This document shows positions 10,401 to 20,236 of a stretch of 64,000 bases of DNA, piece after piece. Below the pieces are notes generated by a model, which ran no database searches, was not told the DNA's origin, and saw nothing but the letters and a program-made list of their open reading frames with translations. This stretch comes from a virus, in IMG/VR virus record IMGVR_UViG_3300040801_004532, positions 1 through 64,000 of that record. One strand, given 5' to 3'. Position 1 is the first letter of the stretch. Each line of letters begins with the position of its first letter. The position numbers and the translations under genes are program-made.

Positions 10401-11310
10401 TTACTGGAACATCTTCTCTAGTTGCAACCGCTTGTGTATCACCCACTTCCCCAATTCTGAATGTATCTGAGTCTTCCGAAAAGATAAATTGATAATTTGG
10501 TTCTGTGCCTCGATCTACTTCCATGCCAGCGGTTCCGGCTGTAACACCAGGACCTGTTTCGCCATCATTCACAACAATAATATTATCTGATGTAGTTACC
10601 TGTTGATTATGAATAACGAAGGTTGTTCCGTCAACAAACAGATCCCCGCTTATGGATACGTCTTGTGAGAAAACTGTTGATTCGCCATCTGTTCGTATAA
10701 CTTCTTCGCCATCAATTACTGTAGTTACATACCCTTCCCCAGTATCAACGACCTCAACATAAGAATCACCTTCTGAAATTTGATCTGTAGAAATATTGCC
10801 AATTTCTGTATCAACGTATGTTTTTACTGCTTGTTCTGTAGGAACTGCATCATCCGAGTCTCCAGATAAAGTTCCATCAGTTGAAAATTCATTGATTGAT
10901 GTTCCGCCCGCCAATGTTAATCCATCTGATGTCCATGTTCCAACTGTAGCTGTATTAATCACAACTTCAACATACGCAGTATTTGTACCGTCATCAACAA
11001 CCTGAACCCTTGAGTCATCTTGTGTAATTCTATCTGCCGCAAGAGAAGCAAATTTATTGTCAACGTATGTTTTTACTGCTTGTTCAGTAGGAACAGCATC
11101 ATCTGAATTTCCTATTAAAGTTCCATCAATTGTAAATTCATTAATAGAAGCACCATTTGCCAATGTTAAACCATCAGCATTAAATGTTGCAACTGTAGCG
11201 TTATCAATTTCGATTAAAGCTCGGCTATTTGATACATCGTCGATAACTCTGACTCTACTATCAGAGTCAAAAATTTGATCGAAAATGTTCCATCTTGGAC
11301 TATAAGCCAT
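7492..11310 (-). CDS. Giant repetitive tail-fibre protein (1272 aa)
   Basis: About 6 copies of the SINEFSTDGTL.GNSD.AVPTE.AVKTYVD motif. Near-identical internal ~55-aa duplication (IYEGDSYVEVVDDGT..GYVTIVTDGVEVAHFDP.SSTQRIGKASAAGR). Confidence 0.6.
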   Translation of the reverse strand: MAYSPRWNIFDQIFDSDSRVRVIDDVSNSRALIEIDNATVATFNADGLTLANGASINEFTIDGTLIGNSDDAVPTEQAVKTYVDNKFASLAADRITQDDSRVQVVDDGTNTAYVEVVINTATVGTWTSDGLTLAGGTSINEFSTDGTLSGDSDDAVPTEQAVKTYVDTEIGNISTDQISEGDSYVEVVDTGEGYVTTVIDGEEVIRTDGESTVFSQDVSISGDLFVDGTTFVIHNQQVTTSDNIIVVNDGETGPGVTAGTAGMEVDRGTEPNYQFIFSEDSDTFRIGEVGDTQAVATREDVPVNLRVPWWNDTEKRFDTAGDAYITIDNVLDEVTMASGDSYVRIGDDGTATGYVEIVTDGVQVAYFDPDASTQRIGKAVGAGRIEVTDAQISMSIATTGVMTIAASGVSLQSGTSVNEFSIDGTLLGNSDNVIPTEKAVKTYVDNATSGISLDKIYEGDSYVEVVDDGTSTGYVTIVTDGVEVAHFDPSSSTQRIGKASAAGRIEVSDTQIQLNIGASNEMAVTSGSIITNGSSIFDAGDYTNNTGSVPYLYRSSTWVGIGAANDLSYYYIDGDGNTYIYATATDAVIDIAADGSITADSNYGGITLTVYDYGYLGTALEGRAYFEANDPEGGDPNIRLGTLGGEIKVDSSVAGDNAKLTYTVGTGFSEQVFMDIDYTYNYFGSTDVGSYLKISTGQDSTASESISLYSGNDKAFEKIAGGITSVFYDPNNYIEIGATDAEVAPEYITMNVAASTVGTFTSEGLTLASGASINEFSTDGTLVGNSDDAVPTEKAVKTYVDQATGQVARDKIYEGDSYVEVVDDGTASGYVTIVTDGVEVAHFDPDSSTQRIGKASAAGRLLVTDEYLYGYIDTRVILDANEERINLGDESEAYVSIDQTSNIITVSESSVVAATFTEFGLTLTTGATVNEFSTDGTLSGNSDSAIPTEKAVKAYVDASNPDILIGQTPNYMFYVDSTGAAATTSFVQSDGVSLFDVGDYTNLSGSNNYIYCDTDSQDWIGLGLAGDETYVYLEGSSGYLYLYATETGANVDILADTNITAYAGSRATFGISGSTYFDADDSVTPSLKIFRGGTTIFENDGVGTFVRADSNTFINVWEGGKSNPDIRFYVDTQAAATLYSTGLYLSTGATVNEFSTDGTLTDNSDSAVPTEQAVKTYVDTSIDTLREVKYVSSDTTAVNGEILLVDTTAGDVNIDLFEGVDAQITIKKITSDSNSVIVSTTPGTIDGLASKSIDAYNSAYTFVSDGSDFYII

Positions 11311-11370
11311 TTTAATAAACCCCCATTAGTAATTTATAATTTATTCTAAACTAAAAACAATTTATAATAA

Positions 11371-11958
11371 TTAGACTGCATAAAAATTCGATGCATCGCA
11401 TAAGAAAGTATAAGATTCATTCTCCTGACTAATTATAAATTGGCTATTCCCATCAACCAATCCTGAATTTCCTTGAACATAAACAACATTTGAATCTGAA
11501 GTTATTTTCTTTATAATATATCGTCCATTCCCTGTGTTTATAAGGGTAATGGTTACATCACCATTGGTAGTATCAACAAGGAGAGCTTCTGCGTCAACTG
11601 CGTTGTCATTTGAACTTACATGTCTTAAAGTATATCCGGCTGAAATCGACGCGATTTGGGTGTCAACATAAGTCTTAACCGCCCGTTCCGTAGGAACTGC
11701 AGTATCTGAGTTTCCTACTAATGTTCCGTCTGTTGAGAACTCAGCAATAGTAGATCCGGTTGGTAAAGAAAGGGTAGTAAACTTGCCACTACTTGGATTT
11801 GTTGCCCCGATTGGTCTTGGAGATGCAAACAAATCCTGAGTAGTGATGTTCATTGTTAGATCGGGGTCTTCGCTTACATCTACTATTGCTAACAGATCAG
11901 CATCATCAGCTTGAGTTAATGGATCAAGTTCTGAAATCCTTTTGTCATCATCTGCCAT
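11371..11958 (-). CDS. Short fibre protein sharing the motif and the C-terminal domain of the giant fibre
   Basis: 195 aa. The motif is STIAEFSTDGTLVGNSDTAVPTERAVKTYVD. The C-terminal segment IIKKITSDSNVVYV aligns with ITIKKITSDSNSVIV at the C-terminus of the 1272-aa fibre. Confidence 0.5.
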   Translation of the reverse strand: MADDDKRISELDPLTQADDADLLAIVDVSEDPDLTMNITTQDLFASPRPIGATNPSSGKFTTLSLPTGSTIAEFSTDGTLVGNSDTAVPTERAVKTYVDTQIASISAGYTLRHVSSNDNAVDAEALLVDTTNGDVTITLINTGNGRYIIKKITSDSNVVYVQGNSGLVDGNSQFIISQENESYTFLCDASNFYAV

Positions 11959-11977
11959 TGTATATACTCATCCTTTT

Positions 11978-12256
11978 TTAGTCGTCAACTAAAATTCCAT
12001 CATTTGAGTAAAGTGAATCTAGTTTGCTTCCTGTAAGGGTACCATAATCATTTGAGTATTTTCGCATAGCGGCCTGTAGCAGATTAAGTTTTTCCAGAAG
12101 CTGATATGCTGTACTTACAATCTCGATTTCAATTGGCTCTGGATCGTTCTTGTTTTCTAACTCATCAAGTAACGACGAGATCGAACCGAGAGCACTCTTC
12201 ATGGAGTCTGACTGTAGCTCATTAAGAATGTTGGCTACTTGATTGGGTTTTGACAT
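11978..12256 (-). CDS. hypothetical protein
   Basis: 92-aa ORF in the structural operon. Confidence 0.35.
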   Translation of the reverse strand: MSKPNQVANILNELQSDSMKSALGSISSLLDELENKNDPEPIEIEIVSTAYQLLEKLNLLQAAMRKYSNDYGTLTGSKLDSLYSNDGILVDD

Positions 12257-12338
12257 TAAATTGCTCTCCCTCTTAATAGATTAAAACTTTTATAATGCGA
12301 AATACTTTAAAATTTAATATCCTTACAGTTTTGTCTAG

Positions 12339-12677
12339 TTATTCTATTGATTTCTTTGGATCTGGTCCCGATACAATTTTTGTGATACTTCGTCTTAAAA
12401 GATTTTCTTGTTCTGGGTTTGCCATTTTAATATCGACCATGGTTTTTAAAGCTACAATATTTTTCATATCTCCAACTTCTTTTTGCATCATATAGGCTCG
12501 ATTATGAGATGCCTCAAGATTATCCGCAATAACATTTATTGCACACTCTTCGATTGGATATGTTTCTCCAGTTTTCTCGTTGTATCTCACACCTTTTCTA
12601 TATAGAACACAATTTTCATCACATGGTTTCAAATTTCTAAAAGGACACTTTCCTCTTTTATTCTTCTTTGATAGCAT
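12339..12677 (-). CDS. hypothetical protein (Cys motifs)
   Basis: 112-aa ORF, CPFRNLKPCDENC. Confidence 0.35.
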   Translation of the reverse strand: MLSKKNKRGKCPFRNLKPCDENCVLYRKGVRYNEKTGETYPIEECAINVIADNLEASHNRAYMMQKEVGDMKNIVALKTMVDIKMANPEQENLLRRSITKIVSGPDPKKSIE

Positions 12678-12689
12678 TAAGATTCTCCC

Positions 12690-14498
12690 TTATATTCTTG
12701 TTTGTTTCGTAAAGTTTACGCCCTTTGGACGCCATTCAACATTTCCCACAATTCCTTCTGTTTCCCCTCCATGCTCATGAGATCCAGCTGGTTCAGTTGT
12801 ATCATAATTATCAGGTGCTCGTTTAATTGTAAACCCTTGGCCGCTTGTTGCTTGTCTAAAATAATTAATATTTGTACTATCTACATTCTCCAATGTAACA
12901 GTCAAATCATGGTCATGGTTTCCAACCAAATCAATAACATGCTCATGGGCGGGGAATGTCCATGTGCTTCCAGTTGTATCCGACCCTCCAACCTGACCTC
13001 CAGCCGCAGAACCTTTGGTAATATATACAACCGTATCATCTACATCTGTATCAAGGGTATAACCAATTACTGCTGTGTCTTTATAGAATAGAATTGTTTC
13101 TCCGGAAGGAATGGCTGGTACTGCGTGGTCTGCATCTGTGTGTGGATTGGCTGAAAAACCAGTATGTCCAGATGAACCAAAATCCAGGTTATATAAAGCT
13201 GAGTGATCTGTGGCGCTTGCTTCAACTTTACTATAACCTGCTGAATTTCCTGACATTATCACATAGTTTAATGTGATAGTATTAGTTGACATTATAATTC
13301 TTAATGTGTTGCCACCATCTCTAACCTCAACTGCTGTTGGAACAATTTGTCTATTGTTTGAGTCATCATACCATTGACAAATATAAGCATTGCTTCCATC
13401 CAATTGTGAAACGTCAATATCCTCGTAATAACCAAGTGCATGAACATTGGATGGGGTAACCTGTCCTTCAACACCAAAACCTATAACTACTTTTGGATCA
13501 AAAATCATATCAATTCTGGTTGTTGAATTTCCAGATGAAAGTGCTCTACCAACAACTTGATAAAACGGTCTCGTTCTTACGTTTGTAACAGTTCCAGGAT
13601 CTGTATTTGAAAGGTATAGTAAATCTCCAGTTGAAACAATAGATCCGGTTTCAACAGGAACTTGTTCTACAAATCCAGAAACCGATGCTCGTCCGCTTCC
13701 CCCAACAGCAAGTCCAATTCCTAGGGTAACAATATCAGCTCCAGTATCAACACCGGTGGCAATGGCGAGTTGTGCTACACGGTTGTTGTCAACATAGCAA
13801 AGAGAACCAACTGTAACTCCAGTTGTATCAATTGTATTAATATCAATCGTAACACCGCCAGCGGTTAATTCTCTCCATTCGCTTAAATGACCAAAGAAAA
13901 ATTTATCGTTGGATGTCTCAAATATAATCCTTCCTTGGTCTCGCTCATCGTCAAATGTTGGTCTTGTTACTGCACCACCCGCATAATATCTTAAGTATTG
14001 TCTTTCGTTGGTTGGTGTATCAGGATCGTAATCATAGAGTGCGTCAATGACGTGGGGGGAAACAATATTTAATTCAACGACCTTTAATAGGATATAATTC
14101 GTACTTAGACTTAATAGATTTCGTTCTGTCGGTTTTAAAATCTTGATGCTTGCTTGTGGAGCAGGTCGTGATTTAGCGTATGCATAGTCTAAAACAACAT
14201 AATGATAACCGCCTTGTTGAGGTAAAACTGTAGATGGGTTAACATAATTCTCGGCTTTTGAAAAATCAACCTGATGTGGGCTAGTTATGTGAATTAAGAC
14301 GTCATCCTTAATTGCATATCCTTCGCTAACCACAACGGTATCAGTTGGAGATGTCGAGTCAATTGTAACTTGTAAAGACCCAACTGTCAGAAGCCCCTCA
14401 ACATCGTGGCTAACCATTTGAGTGATCTTATTAACCACATTGCTGTTATAGGATGCAAACGGATCAATCATCCTCTCTTGACTTGGGATACTCGCCAT
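12690..14498 (-). CDS. structural protein (baseplate/tail candidate)
   Basis: 602-aa ORF downstream of the upstream motif/promoter region. Beta-rich, Thr/Ser/Gly-rich. Confidence 0.4.
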   Translation of the reverse strand: MASIPSQERMIDPFASYNSNVVNKITQMVSHDVEGLLTVGSLQVTIDSTSPTDTVVVSEGYAIKDDVLIHITSPHQVDFSKAENYVNPSTVLPQQGGYHYVVLDYAYAKSRPAPQASIKILKPTERNLLSLSTNYILLKVVELNIVSPHVIDALYDYDPDTPTNERQYLRYYAGGAVTRPTFDDERDQGRIIFETSNDKFFFGHLSEWRELTAGGVTIDINTIDTTGVTVGSLCYVDNNRVAQLAIATGVDTGADIVTLGIGLAVGGSGRASVSGFVEQVPVETGSIVSTGDLLYLSNTDPGTVTNVRTRPFYQVVGRALSSGNSTTRIDMIFDPKVVIGFGVEGQVTPSNVHALGYYEDIDVSQLDGSNAYICQWYDDSNNRQIVPTAVEVRDGGNTLRIIMSTNTITLNYVIMSGNSAGYSKVEASATDHSALYNLDFGSSGHTGFSANPHTDADHAVPAIPSGETILFYKDTAVIGYTLDTDVDDTVVYITKGSAAGGQVGGSDTTGSTWTFPAHEHVIDLVGNHDHDLTVTLENVDSTNINYFRQATSGQGFTIKRAPDNYDTTEPAGSHEHGGETEGIVGNVEWRPKGVNFTKQTRI

Positions 14499-14689
14499 TA
14501 GTTTAATATCTCCTTACTATTTATCACTCTAACAAATTAGAAAATTCTTGCTGTAGGATCATCACTTGCATTTTATTTTTGTTCTAAATTTTTATTATTA
14601 TTAGATTTGTACCGAGAAGTATTTTTGGTAATGAGATGGCATCTATATATATTAATAACCGAAGAGGTGAATTTGTCTTGCGGAATTTA

Positions 14690-14727
14690 GAAAAGGAAAG
14701 GGCGCTTCTACATATAGAAGCGCCCGT
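14690..14727 (-). terminator. Rho-independent terminator for gene 14803..15444
   Basis: Perfect 10-bp stem gggcgcttct/agaagcgccc with a 6-nt loop. T-rich tract on the minus strand. Confidence 0.5.
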
Positions 14728-14802
14728 AACATGCTAATAACTATCAATGATAACTCATTGGTAATTTATCATATTTTTGTTCTAAAAACAGGAACACATT
14801 AG

Positions 14803-15444
14803 TTACAATCTTTCTAATGCAGAAGAGATATCTTGTATCCTAGGAGGGTTAGCAGTAATCTCAACGATTTTCCATCCATGTTGCTCAAGTTTTAAATTTT
14901 TATTTGGGTCAATATATGCTTCTTTATTATGCCAAAATGTTTTTGGAAATTGTATTACAATCTTCAAAACCGGGTCACAGAAGTCTGTAATGAACTCAAA
15001 CACGATTCTGCCAGCGACCTCCTGCCTTATCATGTAATCTTTTTTTACATTCGTGAAATAGGCTCTAAGAAGGTCAAGTACCTGATCCTTACTATTACAA
15101 CAAATATCATTGGACTTCTTTTCATTAAGCATTTTAGAAAAATCAATTTCTTCTTCAATTTCAGGTTCTACAACTTCAATCTCCTCTCCCATATCTTCAG
15201 GAAGCTCGTCGATCTTTTCAAGTTCTTCTTTTACAAATACTTGTTTTTCCTTCCCGTATTTTGATGAAGCATTAAATTCTTCTGATGAAAGAGGAGCATC
15301 GGGAAATCGTAATTTATATTCAGCATATTTTATTGAGTGGTTAGATGAAAGATGTCTAGGCGAAATCACCAAAAAGGGTTTACCACAAAGCTGACAAATT
15401 ACTCGTCCTTTTTCATCAAAAAATGGGTGCTCATATTCGCTCAT
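14803..15444 (-). CDS. Zinc-finger plus DUF559/Vsr-like PD-(D/E)xK nuclease-domain protein
   Basis: CQLCGKPF…H…NH at the N-terminus. The C-terminus (EFITDF…WH…GWKIVEI) resembles the C-terminus of 29061..29876. Confidence 0.4.
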   Translation of the reverse strand: MSEYEHPFFDEKGRVICQLCGKPFLVISPRHLSSNHSIKYAEYKLRFPDAPLSSEEFNASSKYGKEKQVFVKEELEKIDELPEDMGEEIEVVEPEIEEEIDFSKMLNEKKSNDICCNSKDQVLDLLRAYFTNVKKDYMIRQEVAGRIVFEFITDFCDPVLKIVIQFPKTFWHNKEAYIDPNKNLKLEQHGWKIVEITANPPRIQDISSALERL

Positions 15445-15511
15445 TTCATTTCTCCTTATAAATTAATATTCAAACACAATTTAATATTTGTTCTAAAATG
15501 GAGGCAATCAG

Positions 15512-15985
15512 GTGGACCTACAAAAATTTATTTGGAGGAAAATTTTGAATGTAGAACAAAATCCACTTCTAGTATTAAACATTGATGAGAAGCTCCCATA
15601 TCATTTTATAATAGGAGTAGCGATACATACTATGAGATCTAAGGAACGTGGAAAAATGTTTCTTAAATATGGACCGCTAAGATTTACTAATGATGATATA
15701 AAAAGACTACAAAACGCAGCGTTATTATCAACCGATAAATTATTCAAAACATCACAGCTAGATTGTATCAAAATTGCAAATGTTGAAGAATTAGTTTCAA
15801 CCTTTAGTGCTATGAAATTATCATGTGCTGTAAATCAATGCAGCCTACATCATTTTTCTTCTGAGTATGATATAGAGGATGAATGGTTTGATACGCTTGT
15901 TAAGATGGCGAATACAGATAAGCACTCGGAGGAATTATTGGATAATGCACAAATCAACTATAAACCATTTCACTTCGGACAATGA
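15512..15985 (+). CDS. hypothetical protein
   Basis: 157-aa ORF. Confidence 0.3.
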   Translation: MDLQKFIWRKILNVEQNPLLVLNIDEKLPYHFIIGVAIHTMRSKERGKMFLKYGPLRFTNDDIKRLQNAALLSTDKLFKTSQLDCIKIANVEELVSTFSAMKLSCAVNQCSLHHFSSEYDIEDEWFDTLVKMANTDKHSEELLDNAQINYKPFHFGQ

Positions 15986-16454
15986 AGAATATAGTAATTT
16001 TTATCCTGTCGAAGTACAATTCGAAGGAATAGTATATCCTTCAGTTGAACATGCTTTTGTAGCAGCTAAAAGTCTAAATATAATGTTCAGAAAAGAGATT
16101 TCAGAGATGCCAGCTGATTCTGCTGGACTAGCAAAAAGAAAAGGAAGAAAAGTTAAACTACGCCCAGATTGGGATCTGATTAAGTTAAGAGTCATGAGAG
16201 AATTGTTAGATCAAAAATTTAGGCAACCTAAATTTAAAGAGAAACTATTAGCCAGCGGAGATGCTGAAATAATTGAAGGAAACTATTGGCATGATAACTA
16301 TTGGGGTGATTGCTATTGTAAAAAATGTATAAATATAAAAGGAAAAAATCACCTAGGAAGACTTATTATGAAAATAAGAGAGGAAATCAAAAATGAAGAT
16401 CTTAGTAACCGGAGATATACACAACGAGTTCGGACGATTAAACGAACTAATTAA
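15945..16454 (+). CDS. NADAR-domain protein (YbiA-like N-glycosidase / ADP-ribose processing)
   Basis: Strong alignment to E. coli YbiA: FYS..DEYSNF…EH.F.A.K…NYWGD…GKN.LG..LM..R. RBS ggagga 9 nt upstream of ATG 15945. Confidence 0.7.
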   Translation: MHKSTINHFTSDNEEYSNFYPVEVQFEGIVYPSVEHAFVAAKSLNIMFRKEISEMPADSAGLAKRKGRKVKLRPDWDLIKLRVMRELLDQKFRQPKFKEKLLASGDAEIIEGNYWHDNYWGDCYCKKCINIKGKNHLGRLIMKIREEIKNEDLSNRRYTQRVRTIKRTN

Positions 16455-17070
16455 CAAGAAACAACCTGATATGATAATTTGTTGTGGGGATTTTGGTTAT
16501 TGGCCAAAAATTGAGTCGCTAGAAAAACTATCAAATATCAAACTTCAATCAGCAAAAAAATTGCTATGGTGTGATGGAAATCATGAAGATCATTGGTCTC
16601 TAAAAGAAAGAGAAACAGATGAACTAGCACCAAATATTTTTTATATGCCAAGAGGATCAACATATACTTTAGATGATGGGAGAGTAATCTTATTTATGGG
16701 CGGAGCAGATTCAATTGATAAAGAGTGGAGAAGACTGGGTGTTGATTGGTTTCCAGAAGAAATAATCTCACAAAAAGATTTTGAAAATCTGCCTGATTAT
16801 AATACTAGAATTGATATTATTATTTCACATACATGCCCCGAGTGCTTAGTTGATGAAATGCGAAAAACTTATCCTGAAAAGGGATATGAACCATCTAACA
16901 CAGCATTATCAAGGCTGTTAAATATCTACAAACCAGATTTATGGTTTTTCGGTCACTGGCACAGTTATAGAGAAGGTGTTGTTGAAAACACTAAATGGTA
17001 TGCTCTTTCAGCTCCTGGTTTTGAAACTAGATGGTGGATGTGGTTACCAGAAAGGAGGCGAGTTTTTTAA
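16393..17070 (+). CDS. Calcineurin-like metallophosphoesterase
   Basis: GDIHN…GDFGYW…GNHEDH motifs. Confidence 0.65.
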   Translation: MKILVTGDIHNEFGRLNELINKKQPDMIICCGDFGYWPKIESLEKLSNIKLQSAKKLLWCDGNHEDHWSLKERETDELAPNIFYMPRGSTYTLDDGRVILFMGGADSIDKEWRRLGVDWFPEEIISQKDFENLPDYNTRIDIIISHTCPECLVDEMRKTYPEKGYEPSNTALSRLLNIYKPDLWFFGHWHSYREGVVENTKWYALSAPGFETRWWMWLPERRRVF

Positions 17071-17119
17071 TTTAATTGCTAGTAAATCTTTTTACAACAA
17101 AACCAAAACGGAGGTCTAA

Positions 17120-18886
17120 ATGACGTTAATCATCATGTTCGTGATCTTTCTACTGGCAGCAATTTTTGTTCCGAAATTCATCCCGGACGTCAAATACAAT
17201 CGTGGATACGATGATGTCCAAACAAAAGATATGGGCTGGATTCGTAATACGGTGCGGGGAGCATGCGTCGTTTTGGCAATCCTATGCTTCCTCAGCATGA
17301 GCTGCTTCACCATTGATTCTGACAGCGTTGGCCATATGAAACGGGTATATTTTGGAGAATCCATGCCCTCTGGCCGGATCATTGCAGATCAAAATCAAAA
17401 GGGGCCGCAGGCAAACATTATCGCTCCTGGATTCCATCTGATGCCATTCATTAAGGTTACCCACGATATCGAAGAACTTCCTTTGATTGAAGTTCCCGAA
17501 GGACAGTATGGGTACCTTGTTGCAAAAGATGGTCGTCCCATGCCCGATGGACAATTCATTGCCTCAGCATGGGAGAATGTAAGTGATATGATCAATGCTG
17601 AAAAATTCATGGGCTACCTGGATGAGTCTGAAACCCCGTTGGGAATCAAAGGTCCCCAACTTACCGTTCTCCCGCCTGGCCAATACCGGGTCAATCGCTA
17701 TTTGTTTGATGTTTATGCCGACACCGCAACAGATGTTCCAATCGGTCATGTGGCCGTGGTCAAGTCCAACGTGGGAGATCATTACAATGGTGATCCGATC
17801 CTTCCGACTGGGGTTGACAAAACCACACTTTCCGTCCCGATTGTTCCGAAAGGACATAAAGGGGTTTGGAACGAAGTTCTTCGGCCGGATCGTTATTACC
17901 TAAACAAAAAAGCATATGATATTATTATCATTCCAACACAGGTTCAAACCTGGAAATATCTAGGAGGATACGAACGTCGTTTTATTGATCTAACCCTAAA
18001 TGACGATGGCAAAATTCAACAACATGTACGAAGCCTTCAGGTTGACATTCCAAAAGATGCAGCCGATGGTTCAGTTCTTCTTCGCGTTGAAAACTGGGAT
18101 GTCTTTCAGGATGCAAGAATCCAGGTTCAGGTCACCCCGGAAAATGCTCCATTTGTTGTTGCAGCAGCGGGAGGAATTTCCGCCATCGAAGACAAAATTA
18201 TGACTCCGACATTTAGGAGTGTTCTTCGTAATGAAGCTGCAAAAAATATTGTAGAAACTACAGAGGTAAAGGGTAAAGAAACAAAAATCAGTCGCCCAAG
18301 AAGAGTTCTTGATCTTCTTTATAAAAGAGAGGGCCTGGAAAGTGCAGTCGAGAGCAAGCTGATTCCAGAAGGCGAGAAATATGGTCTGACAGTTATGGAA
18401 GTCAGATTTGGGGATCCGGTTGTTCCTCCCGAACTATTGGTTCCTGGCAAAAGAAAACAGCTCGCCGAATCCTTGATGGCAACCTATAAACAGGAGCAAG
18501 AAGCGCAAATCAAGCGTGTTGAATCTGAACGAGAACGAGCCCGAGCAGATCAGCAACCTGTCCTGATGAAATCTGAGATTGGAATCAAGGTGGCTGACAA
18601 TGAAAAGAAAGCCCGAATCAAACGAGGTGAAGGTGAAGAAGCTTATTTGAAAGCTGTCGCCAACGGGCAAAGGGCTCAGGCTACTGTACTCGGGCAGGAT
18701 CGTGCCTTCGAACTGGCATATGTTGAAAAGATCCTTGAAGCAGCAGTTAAAAATCCGGAGATTATCAAATACCCCGGAACACTCGTCATGGGATCAACTG
18801 GCGGGTTTGAAGGTGCAGCAGCAATTCTCGGTCGAAGCAATCTCAATATGGGACTGGCAACCCCCGTGCCTGCTGTAACCAAGTAG
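17120..18886 (+). CDS. Membrane protein of the SPFH/band-7 (flotillin-like) family (putative)
   Basis: Two N-terminal TM helices. C-terminal E/A/Q/R-rich coiled coil typical of flotillin/YqiK. Lies in the GC-rich island. Confidence 0.4.
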   Translation: MTLIIMFVIFLLAAIFVPKFIPDVKYNRGYDDVQTKDMGWIRNTVRGACVVLAILCFLSMSCFTIDSDSVGHMKRVYFGESMPSGRIIADQNQKGPQANIIAPGFHLMPFIKVTHDIEELPLIEVPEGQYGYLVAKDGRPMPDGQFIASAWENVSDMINAEKFMGYLDESETPLGIKGPQLTVLPPGQYRVNRYLFDVYADTATDVPIGHVAVVKSNVGDHYNGDPILPTGVDKTTLSVPIVPKGHKGVWNEVLRPDRYYLNKKAYDIIIIPTQVQTWKYLGGYERRFIDLTLNDDGKIQQHVRSLQVDIPKDAADGSVLLRVENWDVFQDARIQVQVTPENAPFVVAAAGGISAIEDKIMTPTFRSVLRNEAAKNIVETTEVKGKETKISRPRRVLDLLYKREGLESAVESKLIPEGEKYGLTVMEVRFGDPVVPPELLVPGKRKQLAESLMATYKQEQEAQIKRVESERERARADQQPVLMKSEIGIKVADNEKKARIKRGEGEEAYLKAVANGQRAQATVLGQDRAFELAYVEKILEAAVKNPEIIKYPGTLVMGSTGGFEGAAAILGRSNLNMGLATPVPAVTK

Positions 18887-18937
18887 AATGAAAAGGTGGG
18901 AGGGGAGTATTCCTCCCACCTTTCCCAAGGAGCTAAA

Positions 18938-19324
18938 ATGTCAGATCAAATTTATATTGGAGCATTTGATGGGTCTGCAAAACCAAATCCTGGCGAAATA
19001 ACAATTGGCGGATGGATTGCAGATTCTGATAAAAAAACGCTTATTTCATTTACCGAAAAAATCGGCTATGGTACAAACAATGAAGCAGAATATCTAGCAT
19101 TTATAAGGCTCCTAAAGGAGGCAAAAGGATTAGGGATTAAAAAATTATCAATAAAGGGAGATTCCTCATTAGTTGTAAATCAAATAAACGGCACATGGAA
19201 AATAAAAGAACCAAGGATGAAGGAGTTAAACAATAAGGCCCATTCTATTATGGAAGGAATGGTTATAAAACTAACTCATGTAAAACGAAAATTTAACATC
19301 GTTGCAGACTCACTAACCAGGTAA
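18938..19324 (+). CDS. RNase H (RNase HI-like)
   Basis: FDGS…GG…TNNEAEYLA…GDS.LVV.Q…W pattern. aaggag RBS 7 nt upstream. Confidence 0.6.
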   Translation: MSDQIYIGAFDGSAKPNPGEITIGGWIADSDKKTLISFTEKIGYGTNNEAEYLAFIRLLKEAKGLGIKKLSIKGDSSLVVNQINGTWKIKEPRMKELNNKAHSIMEGMVIKLTHVKRKFNIVADSLTR

Positions 19325-19381
19325 CCTTGGAATACAACAGTTTCCTTGCATGGTTATCAATTTCAAAGAAAGGATTTCAAC

Positions 19382-20236
19382 ATGCGTATCGAATTGCTAA
19401 TTATTGATCCACAGAATGATTTTTGCTGGCCGGGACTTAACCCGATTGAAGTTTCAGATGAAGGCAAACGAGTCCTTCCTTCTGAAGTATTCAAACCGGG
19501 CGCCCTTTATGTTCCGGGGGCAGAAGAAGACATGACCAGGGTGGCTGCCATGGTTCGGCGCCTGAAGGACAAACTGGACGACATCCACATCACCTTGGAC
19601 AGCCATCACTACATCGACATCGCCCATCCTCCGTTTTGGATTTCTTCCAGCGGAAAGAATCCGGATCCGTTTACCATCATCACAAAAGATGATGTGGCGA
19701 ACGGAGTGTGGCGAGCAACCAACCCCCAATTCCAGGATCGTGTGATGGAATATGTCACACAACTGGAAGTGAACGCCCGTTACCCGTTATGCATCTGGCC
19801 GGTCCATTGTGTCATCGGGAGCTGGGGCTATGGGGTATTTCCGGACCTACTCAAAGCCATCTTGGAGTGGGAATCGGATTTTGCCATGGCAGACTATGTA
19901 ACAAAGGGATCGAATCTTTGGACGGAACATTACAGTGCGGTTCAAGCAGATGTCCCGGATCCCGAAGATCCCGACACCCAGCTCAACATGCGCCTCATCG
20001 AAACCCTCCAGGAGGCAGATGAAATCATCCTGGTCGGCGAGGCAAGATCACATTGCCTTGCCAATACGGTCATCGACATCGCAAACAATTTCGGGGAGGA
20101 AAACATCAAAAAGATGGTTCTCCTTGAAGATGGGTCAAGCGATGTCCCCGGCTTTGAAAACCTTGGGGAGGATTTCGTCAAAGAAATGAAGGGCCGAGGC
20201 ATGCGTATTTCGACCACCACGGAATATCTAAAATGA
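19382..20236 (+). CDS. pncA: Nicotinamidase / isochorismatase-family cysteine hydrolase (PncA-like)
   Basis: LLIIDPQNDFC, WPVHCV, VTKG and LVGEARSHCLANTV motifs align with E. coli PncA motifs. Confidence 0.65.
   Translation: MRIELLIIDPQNDFCWPGLNPIEVSDEGKRVLPSEVFKPGALYVPGAEEDMTRVAAMVRRLKDKLDDIHITLDSHHYIDIAHPPFWISSSGKNPDPFTIITKDDVANGVWRATNPQFQDRVMEYVTQLEVNARYPLCIWPVHCVIGSWGYGVFPDLLKAILEWESDFAMADYVTKGSNLWTEHYSAVQADVPDPEDPDTQLNMRLIETLQEADEIILVGEARSHCLANTVIDIANNFGEENIKKMVLLEDGSSDVPGFENLGEDFVKEMKGRGMRISTTTEYLK

Noticed and set aside
17282-17903. Several overlapping ORFs on both strands inside the SPFH-like gene
   Set aside because: GC-richer DNA yields long spurious ORFs. The 588-aa frame has coherent TM and coiled-coil architecture.
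19454-20220. ORFs on both strands overlapping the nicotinamidase gene
   Set aside because: The PncA frame has a clear, collinear family match. The others are GC-driven artefacts.
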